Shown: in pieces, positions 24,563-38,264 of the stretch
Layout: each line of letters opens with the position of its first letter
Numbering within the stretch: the stretch's first letter is position 1
NCBI GenBank assembly: GCA_016748015.1
Contig: JAAOMT010000369.1
Location: forward strand, 180,109-244,108
DNA from: Geosiphon pyriformis uo1
Taxonomy: Eukaryota; Fungi; Glomeromycota
Reading direction: 5' to 3'
Length of the DNA: 64,000 bases
Notes under the pieces: generated by a model
Told to the model about the DNA's origin: nothing
Seen by the model: only the letters and a program-made list of their open reading frames with translations
The model's database searches: none
Translations under genes and position numbers: made by a program

Positions 24563-27500
24563 TCAATTTGACATGTTTGGTTCAATAACTATAATTGGTT
24601 CCAGATCTCATGGAATCTCCTCTGGTTGAATTAGTATTCTTTATATTCCCAGTTGTGGAATGTTATTGGTAGATGATAATGCTATCTGGTGATATGATTT
24701 TAGTCTATTATCATGTACTGCTTTGGCTAAGATTTTGTTGTCCCATCTTAATTTATAAGCTCTATTTCTTAGAATTTCTTTTATATGAAATAGTCCATCC
24801 TATTTGGAGTCAAATTTTCCACTCTATTATTTTTCCACTTTGGTATAATGTAATAATACTTTGTCTCCAATCTTGAATTCAACTGGTTTGTCTGGTAGTT
24901 GGTTATCATGTCATTTTTTTTGCTTTTTTTGTGACTTTTGGATGTTATCAGCTGCTTTTCATCATCTGTTTTCTAGTGTTTTCATTAAGTTATATGTTCT
25001 TTTCAACAATATTTCTTGGAAATTATCTTCTGTTATTGGTTCTGTTGGATATGTTTTGACTTTTATCTTAACTGGTAATGTTGCTGTTTTACTATATACT
25101 AATACAAATGGTGTTGCTTGTGTGGTATCTTGCTTTATTGTCTAATAAGCAAATAGTATTGATGATATAAACAAATCTCATTTGTCCTGGTTTTTTTGAC
25201 TGATTTTGGCGATTGCTTCACATAATGTTCTGTTAAATCTTTCAATTAACCCATTTGTTTGTGGATAGTATGGTGATTATAATAGTTTTTTTATCCCAAA
25301 TCTTTGACTTAATTCTGCCAATATTCTATTCACAAAGTGGGTTCCTTAATCTGATAGTAGTTTTTTTGGACATCTGTGTTGACAAATCAAATCTTGATGA
25401 ATGAATTCAGCAACAGATTCTGCATCTGCTCTTTAAATAGCTTTTGCTTCTGGCCATTTAGTGAGATAGTTCATGGCTACTGCAATATATCTGTTGCCTC
25501 TATTGGTGATTGTCAATGGTCCTATTAAGTCAATTCTGATATGGTCAAATAGTTGTTCCACTTTGATTGGTCTTAATAGTTCACTGGATTTTGTTCCTTC
25601 TCTTCTTTGACAAGCATTACAACTTTGAACGTATTGAATAATGTCTGGATACATTGATGGCCAATAGTATCTTTTTCTGGTTCTTTCCATGGTTGCTTCT
25701 TTATGAAAATGTTCTGCTGTTGGATCTGAATGCATGTTAAATAGTATTGTCTCTTTCTCCAGTTTGGTGATTACTCTGGTTGGTTGATCTGGATTTCTTC
25801 TGTTCCTCTAGTAAAGTATATTTTGATGTTTAATAAAATATTTTTGATTGTTGTTTTATGTTTTTTTGTTTCTGTTGAGATAATTTCTCTTTGAACAATT
25901 GGGTATTTATATAATGTTGGAGTTGTTGGTATTTTTGTATATTCATCTTTTGTTATATTTTTGGGTTAAAATGTTTTTAGATTTGTCTTATTCATGACAA
26001 TCCGTCAGCATCTCCATTGTCTTTTCCTTTTTTATAATGTACTGTATAATTGAATGGTAAAAGTTCTATTTTCTATCTGACATGACAATTGTCTGCAAAT
26101 TTTTGTTTCTGGATTGAAGTCAATCCTTTGTGATCAGTGTACACATCAAACTTTTAACTCAAGTATTTTTTCCATTTGATGACAGCCCAATAGATAGCTA
26201 AGTGTTTTAGTGCTGAAGTTCCATAGTTCTTCTCAGCTGGACTTAAGCTTCTACTGGCATAAGCTACTAGATGCTCTTTTCCATCCAGTTTTTTTTGTGA
26301 TAGTACTGCTCCTAATACTTGATCTGATGTATTGGTGGTAATTATGAATGGTTTGCTGTGATCTGGATACATTAATACTGGAGCTTGAATAAGCTTTCTT
26401 CTTAATGTATCAAACACTTTTTGTTGAGCTTTGCTCCATTCATACTTCACATTCTTAGTTTGTAGATGGTGAAGTGGCTGAGCCAGTTTTGATAAAATGG
26501 TAATAGTAGCCTGCAAACCCCAAAAATGCTCTTAGTTCTGTCAAGTTGGTTGGTACCAGAAAGTTCTTAATTACTTCAATCTTGTCTGGATCCATTTTGA
26601 TTCTGTTTTTGCTCACTACAGGTTCCAAAAATTTGAGTTCAGTTTTTCCAAAGAAACATTTGGTTGCATTTAGTTTTAATCCAGCTCTTCTTAGTCTTTT
26701 AAACACTTGTTGGAAATGATACAGATGATCATCAAATGTTTTTGAGAACACATTGGTGTCATCCAAGTATACGATTGATTTCTATAGTAATCTAGTATAA
26801 ACAATTTCTATGAGCCATTGGAATGTTGTTAGAGTGTTTATTAAGCCAAATGGCATGATTTCAAATTCAAAATTTCCTTCTCTTGTTGTAAACACAGTCT
26901 TTTCTTTGTCAGCTGGATTCATGACTACTTGCCAGTACCCACTGTCTAAGTCTAATGTCAAGAATTATTTATTTCCTCCAAAAACATCAAACAGCTCTTG
27001 GATCTTGGGTGTTGGATAGCTATTTCCCTTGATTACTTCATTCAGTTTCTGGTAATCCACACAAAAGCAGATTTTCCCATTTTTCTTCCAGACTAGTACT
27101 ACTGGTGACAACCATGGACTCATTGATGGCTGAATTAATCTGTTGTCAAGCATCCAATTGATTTCTTGACAAATAATCTCATGGCTAGCTAGCAGTATTC
27201 TGTATGCTCTTTGTTTAATTGGCACTGTATCTTCAGTCTTAATCTGATGCTGAATGATATTGGTGCAGCTAAATTTATTTTTGCTAGTAAAGATGTCATT
27301 GAATTTGCTAAGTAATATCTTTAGTTGTATCTGTTGGAGTGGATCTAGATTTTTCATGTTTATCTGTTCCAATTGTTCTGGTTGGAGCAGATAATATTCA
27401 CTTTGTCCATAGATAGTTTGTGATGTGATGTTTACATATCCACAAAGCTATGGAAAATTTGGAATGTGATTTAGTGGTTGATCCTCAACTTCAGTGGTTA

Positions 27501-30166
27501 AATATCTGATAATAGTTCTCTTTGGTATTTCAATGATACTTCCTATTGTGTTGTAAATAGAAATTTTGATGTTTTTGGAGCTTTTGGTTGACATGTAGAG
27601 ATTAGTAAGTCCAATCTCTCCTGATTTGCAAATGGTGGCTTCTGCTTCAAACAACTGAGCTTGATTCTTTACTTCTTTTTTTATAGCTAACATATACTGG
27701 TCATATGGTGGAATAAAAATTGTTTGATGGATTGAGATAATTTCTTCTTTGTCAATAACCTCTTCTTCCACCATATTAACTGGTATATCTATTCTACCCA
27801 TTAATCTGAATCCTTGTATCTCTTTAGCAGTAATCTCTAATGCTTTTCTGTTTCCCACTAACACTAGCTGAGCTACTTTTACCAAAGGTAGGAAGATTGT
27901 CTGAGCTATCTTTTCATTTAGATCTATGGTATACACTTTTTCTGAGTCATTTTGTAGCATAGCAATAATATTTTCTATGTATTTTGTGTCAATTATTCTT
28001 CCTCTGATGTTGATCCCTTTTTTTGCTAAACTACTCCTGAATGCTAGTTGAACTATTGTTGTTGCTGAAATTTCCAGTGCTATTTTCAGATCAATACAAG
28101 TGTGCAAATGTGGTTCCAATTTGATGGGATCTTTCTCCAGATATCTCAGATTGAATCTTGCATCAGTATCATGTGTGCATTCAGACATAATACCTTTATT
28201 ATTATTGCTAAACCATTTCAGTTTCTGCTTCTTGATAAGGTCAGAGAGGGCGATATATGTTTCAGAGTTGAAATCAGAGTCTGAATCATTGTTATTTTTG
28301 TTGTCATATTAAGTAGAACTGAAACCATTGTTTTTGTTGTCATCATTGTCGGAGTTTGAATTGGGTTTGAATGTTGATCCCGATTCTGATGCACAGTTGC
28401 TGATTGGTTCTTCTTCCTCTGATATCGTGTAGATCATGTGAATTGGTAAATTGTAAATAAGGTTACATTCATTACAATATTGAAAGTCACAGGGAATTAA
28501 ACAATAATCACATAGTCAAATGTTTATTTCTTCCAACCATTGCTTTTGTTTCTCTCTAGTGGGTGCTAATTTCTGATAGTATTTGTAGAATTGTTCTGAA
28601 TCTAGTAGATTTATGACTAGTTCTATTCATTCATTACTAAATTAACAGCTTGAACATGGTTAGCTTCGAGTTCAGCAGCTTCAAAATCTCTGGCATTTGT
28701 AACTACAGCTTGAAGATCTGCTGGATGCATTGGACACACATGTTGGAAAATGCTACTGTACAGGCCTCTGATGAATTGATTTAGGATTTGTGGCACTGTG
28801 AAATAATCAGCCTGTATGGTCTGGATCTGGTGCAGATTTCTGTAAAAATGTCCTAAGTAAGTAGTGACTGCTTCATTTTCTTCTTGCTTAATAGTAGTAA
28901 AGGTGTTTGCCAATTGGTTGATGCTATTATTATTACTGAAATATTATAGGAATGCAAGCTTGAATGCATTAAAATCCTGGGGTTTGTTAACCAAGCTTTA
29001 ATACCATAAATTGGCAGTATCTTGGAGAAAATAGGGGATGGCCTGCATGGCTCTGGCATCATCCCATCTGTTGGCTGCAATGGTTTTTTGCACATTGTTT
29101 AACCACACTTGGGTGTCATCCTTTTTGCCAGTGAATTTTTCAAATTTGGTAATAGGAGCATATGCCATTGGCACTATGATTTATTGTTGTAGTGGTTGTT
29201 GAGGTGGTTGTTGCAGTGGTGGAAGTGGCTGTTGTGGTTGTTGGGGTGATTGAAGTGGCTGTTGTTAAATCAGTTCAATAATTGGTTCAATTGGTGGTTG
29301 ATCAATAATGATTATTGGAGGTAAGTTTTGCTGATTAATTGTTTTGGGGTTTAGATTATTTGGAGTTTGCTGGGTTTGAATATTTGGAATTTCAATTTCT
29401 GAATTTTCTATGATTGGATTCTGGTAAGTAAATTCTTGATCTTTGACTTTTTCTTCTTCCTCTTCTTCTGATTCCATTATTTTTCAAAAACTCGTGTTTT
29501 CAAAATCTGGTTAAGGTGGTGGTGATCAGAATTCTGATGGCATTGGCAATTGCAATTTAAATTCTTCAAAATAATTACCATAGGTTCTTAGTAATTCTGC
29601 TTTCTTTTGTTTACTTTGAAATGGGAGTTGTCTAAATGTTGATGTTGCATGTAATGTGAACGTGTCTGCTGATGAAATATTGATGGCACTTTCTGGTGTA
29701 TAATGATATGATAAATTGGTTGGAAATTCAACTTTGGTTTTCTTCCAAGTAAGTAGTTGTATTTGTTTTGATGTTACTGCTAATATTTGCAATCTTTCTT
29801 TGCCTTTGTCTGCATAAATAATAGGGAATTGTTGTTGTATGTATCTTTCAATAATTTGATTGATTTCCCTAATGATTGGTGTGAAACTGTAGTTTCTTAG
29901 TAAGCTGGTATGTTGAAATAATTCTGTATAGAAATTTTCCCTTACAGATTTAATGTTAACTGTTCGTCCTAAACAGTCTGTGATTTTATTATTAATGTAA
30001 AAGTTGAAGATGGATTCTGCTGGGAAGTGGTTATTGTTTAGTCCTAATTGTTGGCTGTACTATTAGAACAAGAATTTAGCAAATCTTAAATAGTTTGCTT
30101 CTATGTTTTCTGATTTTGCCACTTTTGGATGGTTGTTGTTGGTGCTGGTTTTCTGTAGGATTATAT
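24563..30166 (-). pseudogene. gag-pol of A (gag, dUTPase, RT, RNase H, integrase)
   Basis: gag: QAIPYFLQD, QILNQFIRGL. dUTPase 27795-28200. RT: FCVDY..LN, YLDD. RNase H: AYASRSLSPAEKNY. Integrase: HSDPTAEHF..CNACQ, IDLIGPL. Confidence 0.88.
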
Positions 30167-30184
30167 CTCACAGGGAGCACTAAA

Positions 30185-30924
30185 TATTACAAATGATTAT
30201 TTGAGGTCTCAAATCAAATAACAAATCTGTAACTTGGTGCTTGATTAGTATTTTGGTGTTGATATCTGAAGGTTTGTTGTGAAGTTCTTTGTATAATGGA
30301 CAGAGGTTCAATAATGATAAAGTTGGTTAGTAAGTTGTTTTCTCAATTTCTGTCTTCAGCATGGTGGCTGGTTTATTCTGGCAGTCATGTCCTTCTAATA
30401 AGCTATTCATTAATATATGATTCTATTCTTATTTCTGGGTTTTTTACCAGGCTATCTGTGACATCAATTACTCAGTACTTTAATCCTTAATCAATTAGTA
30501 TACAACAATAAAATCAAAGAAAGAAAAATAAAAGAAATAAAGAAATAAGCCAAGGCAATATACAAGTTAGTACTCTGTCAATAGCCATAATCAAGAACTA
30601 TTGTTCCAGTGTGGTTAAGTGTCAAGAACTATTAACATGAAGTGTTGATAGTAGAGAAAAGATTGAGATAGTTAATAATTATTTATTTGTGATGTGGAAA
30701 GTTGCTTAAATCAAGTCTAAACAGAGAGATCTGTCTTTTCTACTTCTAATACTACCACTATATATACATAATTTTGGGTTTTATGAGATTGCTCACATTT
30801 TCGAGTGATGTGTTATAATTTCTCAAGCAATGCTTACATTGCTGAACAATGTGTTTACATGCTAACTACTACTTTCTTATTGGTCTACTATTTTCTATAT
30901 CTGTTTTTATTTTTATGAGTAACA
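30185..30924 (-). repeat. 5' LTR of A
   Basis: Direct repeat of 13190-13930; followed on - by the PBS T(A/G)GTGCTCCCTGTGAG. Confidence 0.92.
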
Positions 30925-31325
30925 GTACTTATAGTCTATTTTTTTCTACTGTTTTGCAAATACTTTCTAGGTGTTTTTAAATATAAGTCTATATGTAGTA
31001 ATTTGCAAAAAATTTGTGCTAAAAAACTAGTATACAGAAGCTATTATAGTTTTTAATATAAAAAAAGAGACTGTTTTTGCTATTGTTAAATATGTAAAAC
31101 AATTTGTAAAGTTATATTATATTAAAACATAGCTTATAAGATCTAAATATAAAGTAGATATAGAAAAAATTGAGTTGGTTAAAGATAATAGTTTGGTATT
31201 AAATTTGTTTTGTAATATGGTATTTATGTTATCTAATAGAATGATTTGATTGCTTAATATAATAAAATTTTTTGCAGTTAGTTTTAGTAAACATAGGCTG
31301 TTTTTTTTTTTTCTGGTTTAAGTAG
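30925..31325 (+). mobile_element. LINE-2, middle segment (ORF2 C-terminus) between gypsy A and gypsy C
   Basis: Resumes LINE homology (to LINE-1 ~5750-6150) immediately after the TSD of A. Confidence 0.75.
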
Positions 31326-31966
31326 TGTTATGAGTTGGAGTAACAAGCTAATAGATAGCAAGGGAGAACAGGATTGTAGAGTAATGAAAATAATCAAAGA
31401 AATTCAACTTCAAGGAGTGAATTGAATAAGTATGAATTCAATATGCAAGATCAGTCTCATAAAATATTTCAGTCACTATACTTTTTAAAGGATAACCAGA
31501 GAATCTAAAAGTAGAGGGATAGTTTATACTATCAACAAATAATCACACTTGGTATAATTCTATGCCTCATGTTAGTACTTTTAAAATTCAATATCAAGTA
31601 TCAAATATGCTCTTTAGTCATATTTTATTCAATAATCTTCAAATGCTGCAATTACATATTTCAGAAAAAGAATAGATAAATACCAATAAGTAGTTTTTTA
31701 TCTTTAAGATGTTCAGATACTTGAAGGTAGAGAAAGGAAAATTAGTGATAAGAGAAGAATTGAGATGAAGTTGTTATTTTATTTCTTTATTTTTTTGATT
31801 TTTACATGCTTTTCTACAGCTAAAAGATTCATTGCTTATATAGCTATCAAAAGTGGTCAATGATTAGGTCAATGATTACTTTCTAAAAATAGAGTGGCTA
31901 ATTTATATAACATCAGTGGCTAATATATGTAATAATTAATAAAAAGTATAAGTTTCAACCATAACA
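31326..31966 (-). repeat. 3' LTR of C
   Basis: Repeat of 38265-38941. Confidence 0.92.
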
Positions 31967-32592
31967 TCATCCTCTCCAAAAAGATTGAACTTTGGTGAAA
32001 TTAAGCTATTTATAGTGTAATCTATTTGAAGAGTTTTATCTAACTCAAAGCTAACTAGTTTGTTGAAGTTTTTTATAGATAGGGTATATAATACTTGAGG
32101 CGAAATGAGTTTTATATCCAAGAGACCAAATCTCTGTATTAGAGTTTTGGCTCTTCTAGCAATAGTTAAAACTCTTGGGACATCTAATCATATAATGCCC
32201 AAAATTTCTGCCTGTATCTCTGAAGTTGTTTTCTTCATAAGTTTCATATTCTCTATGATTTCACTAAAATAACCATAGAGTTCTAATTGCCTTCTATATG
32301 ACAAGTTTTTGTCTATAGGTAAGATTTCTTGAAGTGTTTTTCCAATTGTGTTAGAAGATAGAAGTATAGCTGCTGTTATACTTTTCAACAGATATTTATC
32401 CATTTTATTACCAATTTTTTCTCTTCTGGTAGTAGTTTTTTTTGGTCTAATAACAGTATGTGTTCCATTGTTATCAATTATGGTGGTTTGTTTTCCAATG
32501 GTCAGAGTAGCATTTGGATAGTTTTTGGTTCAATACTTATGGAGAGTATAGAAGACATTTTGAATGTTTTGATCCAAAAAATAATTGTTCAT
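31936..32592 (-). pseudogene. Accessory ORF3 of C
   Basis: One frame from ATG 32592 through ORFs 32188-32403 and 31936-32121, with two internal TGA codons; ends inside the 3' LTR. Confidence 0.7.
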
Positions 32593-32657
32593 GTTGATTG
32601 AAGATATTTCTGTTTTGGGAATGATGCATTTATTTATACTTGATTTTTGCTAATTAT

Positions 32658-35600
32658 TTAAGTTGGTATTACCACAACAGGCAGCCAATCAGATTGTTTA
32701 TGATATTTTTTAAATTGTGTACTATAAACAGAATGATCATTGAAGATTGTTTCAGATTGATCTTGAAGAATATAAGAACCATTGTTCAAAACTTTGTTAA
32801 CTATAAAGAGTTCTTTCTACTGGCTAGAGAATTTATCACTATAAAAATTGTCTCTATCTGAACAGTATTTTAGTACCAAGTCATCAATACTTAAAGAAAG
32901 TGTTTTATAGGTTTTTTTTTTCTTAAGCTTTTCTTGAAACTGTTTTATTTTTTCAAAAGCAATTATTCGTGTTTCTACCAAGGAGTCAAGAATGATACCA
33001 AGTCTTCTTTGCAAAATGTCTTTGTAATTCCTATTGTGATCTCTTCAAAGGGTATTGTTTCAATGTCAGTTTTTATTGGTAGTGTTGCTATATGTCCATA
33101 AAGCAGATAAAAAGGTTCATAACTTGTTATGTCATGATTCACAGTTCTATAAGCAAACAAAGCTGAAGGCAGTATTTTGTCTTATAAGTTTGTTTCTTTA
33201 CTGGTTTTGGTTAGGATTTCACATAGTGTTTTATTGAAACATTTCACTAAGCTATCTGTTTAGGGGTAATAAGAGAAGAAAAGTTTATGATATATTCCCA
33301 TTTTTCTACAAAGTTCTTTAACCAGTGTACTGAAAAAAGCTCTTCTTCTATCAAATAAGAATTCTTTGAAGCAGTCATAATGGCAAATAATATCTTCATA
33401 AATAAAATTGGCTATTGAGACTGCTGTTTGGTCTAGAGTGGCTCTTGCTTTTACCCACTTTGTAAGATAGTTGGTAGCTGTAATAATATATCTGTTGCTA
33501 TCAGAAGTGATTGTTAAAGGTCCAACAACATCTATACCAATTCTGTCAAATGGTTAACCAACAGAGATTGGATGGATATCTTCTTTGCGATTGAGTTTGC
33601 CTCTTCTTTGGCAGATGTTGCAGGTTTTGATGTATTCAGCAGCTAAAGTTTTCTGAATTGTTTTTGTTTTTCTAAAGTGTCCAGCTAATGGGTCAGTGTA
33701 CATGTTGTATATTACAATTTCTCTTTCTTTAAATCTGATAACTCTCTGGGAGCAGTTAGAATCTTTTCTGTTTCTTTTGTATAATTGGTTTTGGCAGATC
33801 AAATAGAAATTTGATTGTTTGCACAAATGTTCTCTTTGCTGTTAAGTGTATTCAGGTGGGTATTGTTCTTTACCCAAAAATTCCATTAAAGCAGAGTAGT
33901 TGTCCAAGTTCATTATTATGTTTGTTTATAAAAGAGTTACTAATAAATAAGTTGGTTTAGTTTGAGAAGTTGTACTATCACTAAATAGTAAGTCTAGAGA
34001 GAGCATTGGTATTTTAATGATTTGCTCTTTTGTGGTGTTGAATATTATAGTCAAATTCATCCAAGTGGAGTATCCAGTGAGTTATTTGTCTGTATTCTAG
34101 CTTTTTTTTCTTGTACAGTCAAACCAAGGCTTAATAATCTCTTATCACTAAGAATTTTGCACCAAGAAAATATTGATCTCAGTAATTAGTAACCCAAACT
34201 ACTACTAGACATTCTTGTTCAGTAACCAAATAATTCTTTTCTACTGGTGTGAGAAATCTACTGACATATGCTATGGCATGTTTTCTGCCATTTTCATCTT
34301 TTTGTGAAAGAACAGCACCAAGTCTATAGCCAGATGTATCAGTGTGGAGGATAAAAGATTGGTTTAGATCAGGTTGTTTGAGAATTGGTTTAGTAACAAG
34401 TTTTTCCTTCAGAAATTCAAAAGCTTTTTGTTGATGAGTGCTTCAGTAATAATTGACATTTTTCTTGAGTAGCTGATTAAGAGGAAAGACAATTTTGAAG
34501 AAATCCTTGATAAACTTGCAATAGTAAGAGGCCAAACCAAGGAAAAAGTGTAGTTCAGAAACATTTATTGGTTGTCTAATGTTCTGGACTTTTTTAACTT
34601 TAGCTAAGTCAGAGAAGATTCTATCTTTTGTAATAAGATGACTAAGGAACTGGGTAGATTGATGTCCAAAGAAAGATTTGATTGGGTTGATCTTAAGGCC
34701 AGCATTTCTAAGCAGATCAAAAACCTTCTGTAAATGTTCAAGATGTTCATCCCAGATTTTTGAATATACCATTATGTTATCCAAGTAAACCAGAACAAAG
34801 TTTTCTTTTACTGATTCAAACACTTTATCCATTAAGCATTGAAAGATAGAAGGAGCATTGGTGAGACCAAAAGACATGACTGTGAATTCATAGGTGTCAT
34901 ACTTAGTGATGAAAGCAGTTTTTTTTCTGCTTTCTGAATTCATCTCTACTTGCCAGAATCTAGCAGTTAAGTCAATAGTTAAGAAGAAAGCAGCACTATT
35001 GAATTTATTTAGCATTGCATCAATCTTGGGAAATGGGTATATGTCTTTTATAGTGATGGCATTTAATTGGCAATAATCAACACAGAAGCATAGAATTCTA
35101 CCTTTTTTGGATACCACTACAACTAAAAAAGCCTATTTACTCTTGGTTTTTTGTATGAATCCAAAATCTTTCATCCAATTTATCTCTTTCTTGATAAACT
35201 TATTATTGCGTCTATTGGATTAATAAGGCTTCAAATGAATGGAACAAATTTCTTTTGTGGTAATGATGTGTTGTATCACATGGATTTGTCCAGGGGTATC
35301 ACCTTCTTTTGAGATAACTGGGTTATTTCTAGCCAACAGATTTTCAATATCCACTTTTTTTTCTTCAAGAGAAGGTTCTTTTTGTTCTACAACTAATGAT
35401 TGGATTTCAGATAGTTCATTCTCAAAGGATTTTTGTACTTCTTTAAGTTCTTCTTGAGGTATTAAGCTAATTGGTTCCCAATCTTTGTAATAGATTAGGC
35501 AGGATTTGCATTCATCACTTGGCAAATACAAAGGTTTATTATACCAGCACTATACACAAGGGCCATGCCACCAATAACTGTATTTGGCTTTCTTGCCAGA

Positions 35601-36671
35601 TTTTCTGTCAAAGGTTCTTCTAAGGATATCATAGTAAAACCAGCAGATTAGCTTGCCATTTACTATAATTTCTTTTTTGTCAGCTTTAATGTTGTCTAAT
35701 GGCTTGCTATTACTAGTAAAGATGATATAAATGAGTTTAGCAGTTTCTTCTTGTTCTTTTTAATCTTCATTATCACTTTTATTATCATCATCTGATTCAT
35801 CTGATTGTTCTTCTTCTTGGTTCTGTTTGGTTACTAAAAGAGTTGTCCAATAATAACATTTAACCACAATGGGTTTCTCACCACATCTGATGGTTAACTC
35901 GCAAAGTTCATAATCAAGTAGTGCTTTAGCTTTCTTAAGCCACTCATTATCAACAATGATAGTATACTCTTTTGCTTCAGATACTTTCATGTCTGTTTTG
36001 ATGCTGATACTATTGATTCGAACAGAAATAGCTTTGGCTATGTTCAGATCTTTTTTCTTGTCACTATGTACATTGGTTATTGGTCTTGTAGAAGACTCAT
36101 CAATCTTTCTGCCAATTGCTTTAAGAAAATGTTTGGCAATTACACTAACAGATGATCTACTGTCTAGGATCAGATCACTGAAATAACCAGCCATTTGGGC
36201 TTTACAAATCAGAGGAGTGACATTGCTGTTATTAGCAAGTCCAGCTTGGCAAGGGCATTTGTTGGTTTTTGGTGTTTTTTTCTTTGGTATTAATGATTAA
36301 CAAAGATCTTTTCTGAACTGTGGATGGATCATTAATTGACCAAATATAATGTGTGCTGGAGTTTCCATGAGATCTTTAACAACAGAATAGAGTCCAGATT
36401 TTTGTACTATTTCTGAAGGTTTCAACTTTGGAGGATTTTTAAAAACTTTAGCCTTTGGTGGCTTATTGTTATCAACAGTTAATATGGATGCTTTTTTTGG
36501 ATCTATAATAAAATCAACCTTGGCTTTCTTCTTTTTTCTTGTTAGGTCGAAAGTGTTAATTGCCAGTTTATCCATATTATGGTCATTATTAGTTAAATTA
36601 AAAGCGTAAAAAGAGTTTTTTTCTGGTTGGCTTGCACTTTTACTCTTTGGAAGTGCGCCTACCAGTTTAAA
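32658..36671 (-). pseudogene. pol of C (PR, RT, RNase H, IN)
   Basis: LILDSRSSVSV; FCVDYCQLN, IDLTARFWQ, FGLTNAP, YLDN; HTDTSGY; TDPLAGHF..CNICQ. Confidence 0.9.
36629..36671 (-). promoter_or_regulatory. -1 ribosomal frameshift signal (U UUA AAC plus hairpin) at the gag/pol junction of C
   Basis: gag frame reads CCT TTA AAC TGG TAG. The -1 frame is open into MDKLAINT of pol. Stem GCACTT/AAGTGC lies just downstream. Confidence 0.75.
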
Positions 36672-38212
36672 GGCTAATAAACAGTGGCTTCAACTAGGGG
36701 ATCTTTTCCAAAAAAATTGATGTTGGCATAATTGGGTTTTTGGTTAGAAACATTATTGTTGGTGGTTCTGTTGTTTTAATTGTCATTGTTTTTAGGAACT
36801 GGAGGGGGCAATGAAAGATTGTTGCAGTTTCTTAAGAAGTGTCCAATTAGTCCACAATGATAGCACACAGGTGGGTCATGATTTTGCTGTCTTTGATATG
36901 ATGGTTGTTGGGGCTGATTGAAGTGGAATTCAAATCTGGGTCTTTGGAGTTGTTGATTCTCTTTAACTGCTTGGGCCAAAGGTTCTAATAGCTGGGCAAG
37001 ATTTGTTGTGAGCTTATCTATTAAATGTTCATTTGAATCTTGAGTTTGGGCAGCAAAAGAGATAGCAGCCATTTGTGAAGCAGGAGCCATAATAGGAGCA
37101 GGAGCAAAAACTGGAAACATGGATCCCAAGTGCATCCTTTAGTTGTCTTCAATTTGTTGGGCAAGTTCAATGGCCATGTCCATTGTTGGGTTGTTTTTTA
37201 AAGCCAAGAGAGACCAAAGAGCATATGATAGATTAGTTCTTAATTCTTTTGTAAAGGAATAGATCTTTTGCTTTTCTGTTTAGTTTCTTCCAGAATTTAC
37301 ACATTTGATTAGCTTTTTGATAGCTTTGACATATTTAGTTACTACTTCTCTAGAGCCTTGGATTCTTCTTTTCAGTTCCATGTGCCATTTGGATATTAAT
37401 ATTGGGGTTCTGAATTTGGTCTCAAACCAGATAATAAAAGAGGTATTTTCTTCTCCAACATTGGTTGGTGTCTATCTAATTATTCTGTGTTGAGCATTAG
37501 CATCTGTTTCTTGTGAGAACCAAATAGCAGGAGAGTCTTGGAGATAGCCACCAACAATTTGGAACTTGTATTTTTTATTATACTGGTTGGCTGTAGCAGC
37601 TCTCTCAAAATCATTTAACCATTCAATTAGATCTTGGACATCATTTCTGAATAATGGTAATGGGGCGTTGTTTCTTTGCCCTAAAGCAGTCTGTATACTT
37701 TGGAAGGCAATCAGAATGTTTTATTGTAGAGAGTTTTAAGCCATTGGTTCAGGTGTAACTGTTTGTGTAAAGTGTTCTGATTTACTTAAAAAAAGATCAA
37801 AAACAGAAGTGGTTTGATAGCTTTTTTCTTCTGTTTCAAAAAAAGTTTTAGTTGATTAATGGGCAGCAATCCAAATATGGATTTGATGATTCAGATATTC
37901 AAAATCAGAGGGCTGTTGTTCAAAGGTTGTTGAGTATAAAAGTTGATTAATGCTGTTGTTTTTTTCTTCACAGTTGTTTTTAAAATAAGCTTGGTCAAAG
38001 TAATAGGTTGTATAAGCTGTGTAGATTTTAGTTGAATGCTTATTCAGGAACCAGTTCCAAAAGTCTTGGAATTGTCTGCTGGATTGTTCTTCAATGGGGA
38101 AGCAAATCAAGCAGAAGGACAAAAGATTGAGTTCAATAAAGTCTAGATCATTTTTGTTGTGTGCTTCAAAGTGTTCTTTTGATAGTTGTGACAGGTATGA
38201 ATAATTACCCAT
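36659..38212 (-). pseudogene. gag of C
   Basis: ATG 38212 just after the PBS; WLNDFERAA; CYHCGLIGHFLRNC knuckle; TAG at 36659-36661. Confidence 0.85.
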
Positions 38213-38264
38213 ACAATAGAAAACAAAGTAGATTTTGACAACCTCACAAGGAGCACTACTTTTA

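Larger units (their letters stand above)
13190..30924 (-). mobile_element. Ty3/gypsy element A (contains nested B; internal deletion removes the protease)
   Basis: LTRs 13190-13930 and 30185-30924 (TGTTAC..GTAACA, partly mutated). TSD GTGC/GTAC. PBS 30167-30182. PPT ~13931-13946. Confidence 0.92.

Noticed and set aside
30167-30182. tRNA gene
   Set aside because: Only the 16-18 nt PBS matches a tRNA 3' end; there is no cloverleaf.
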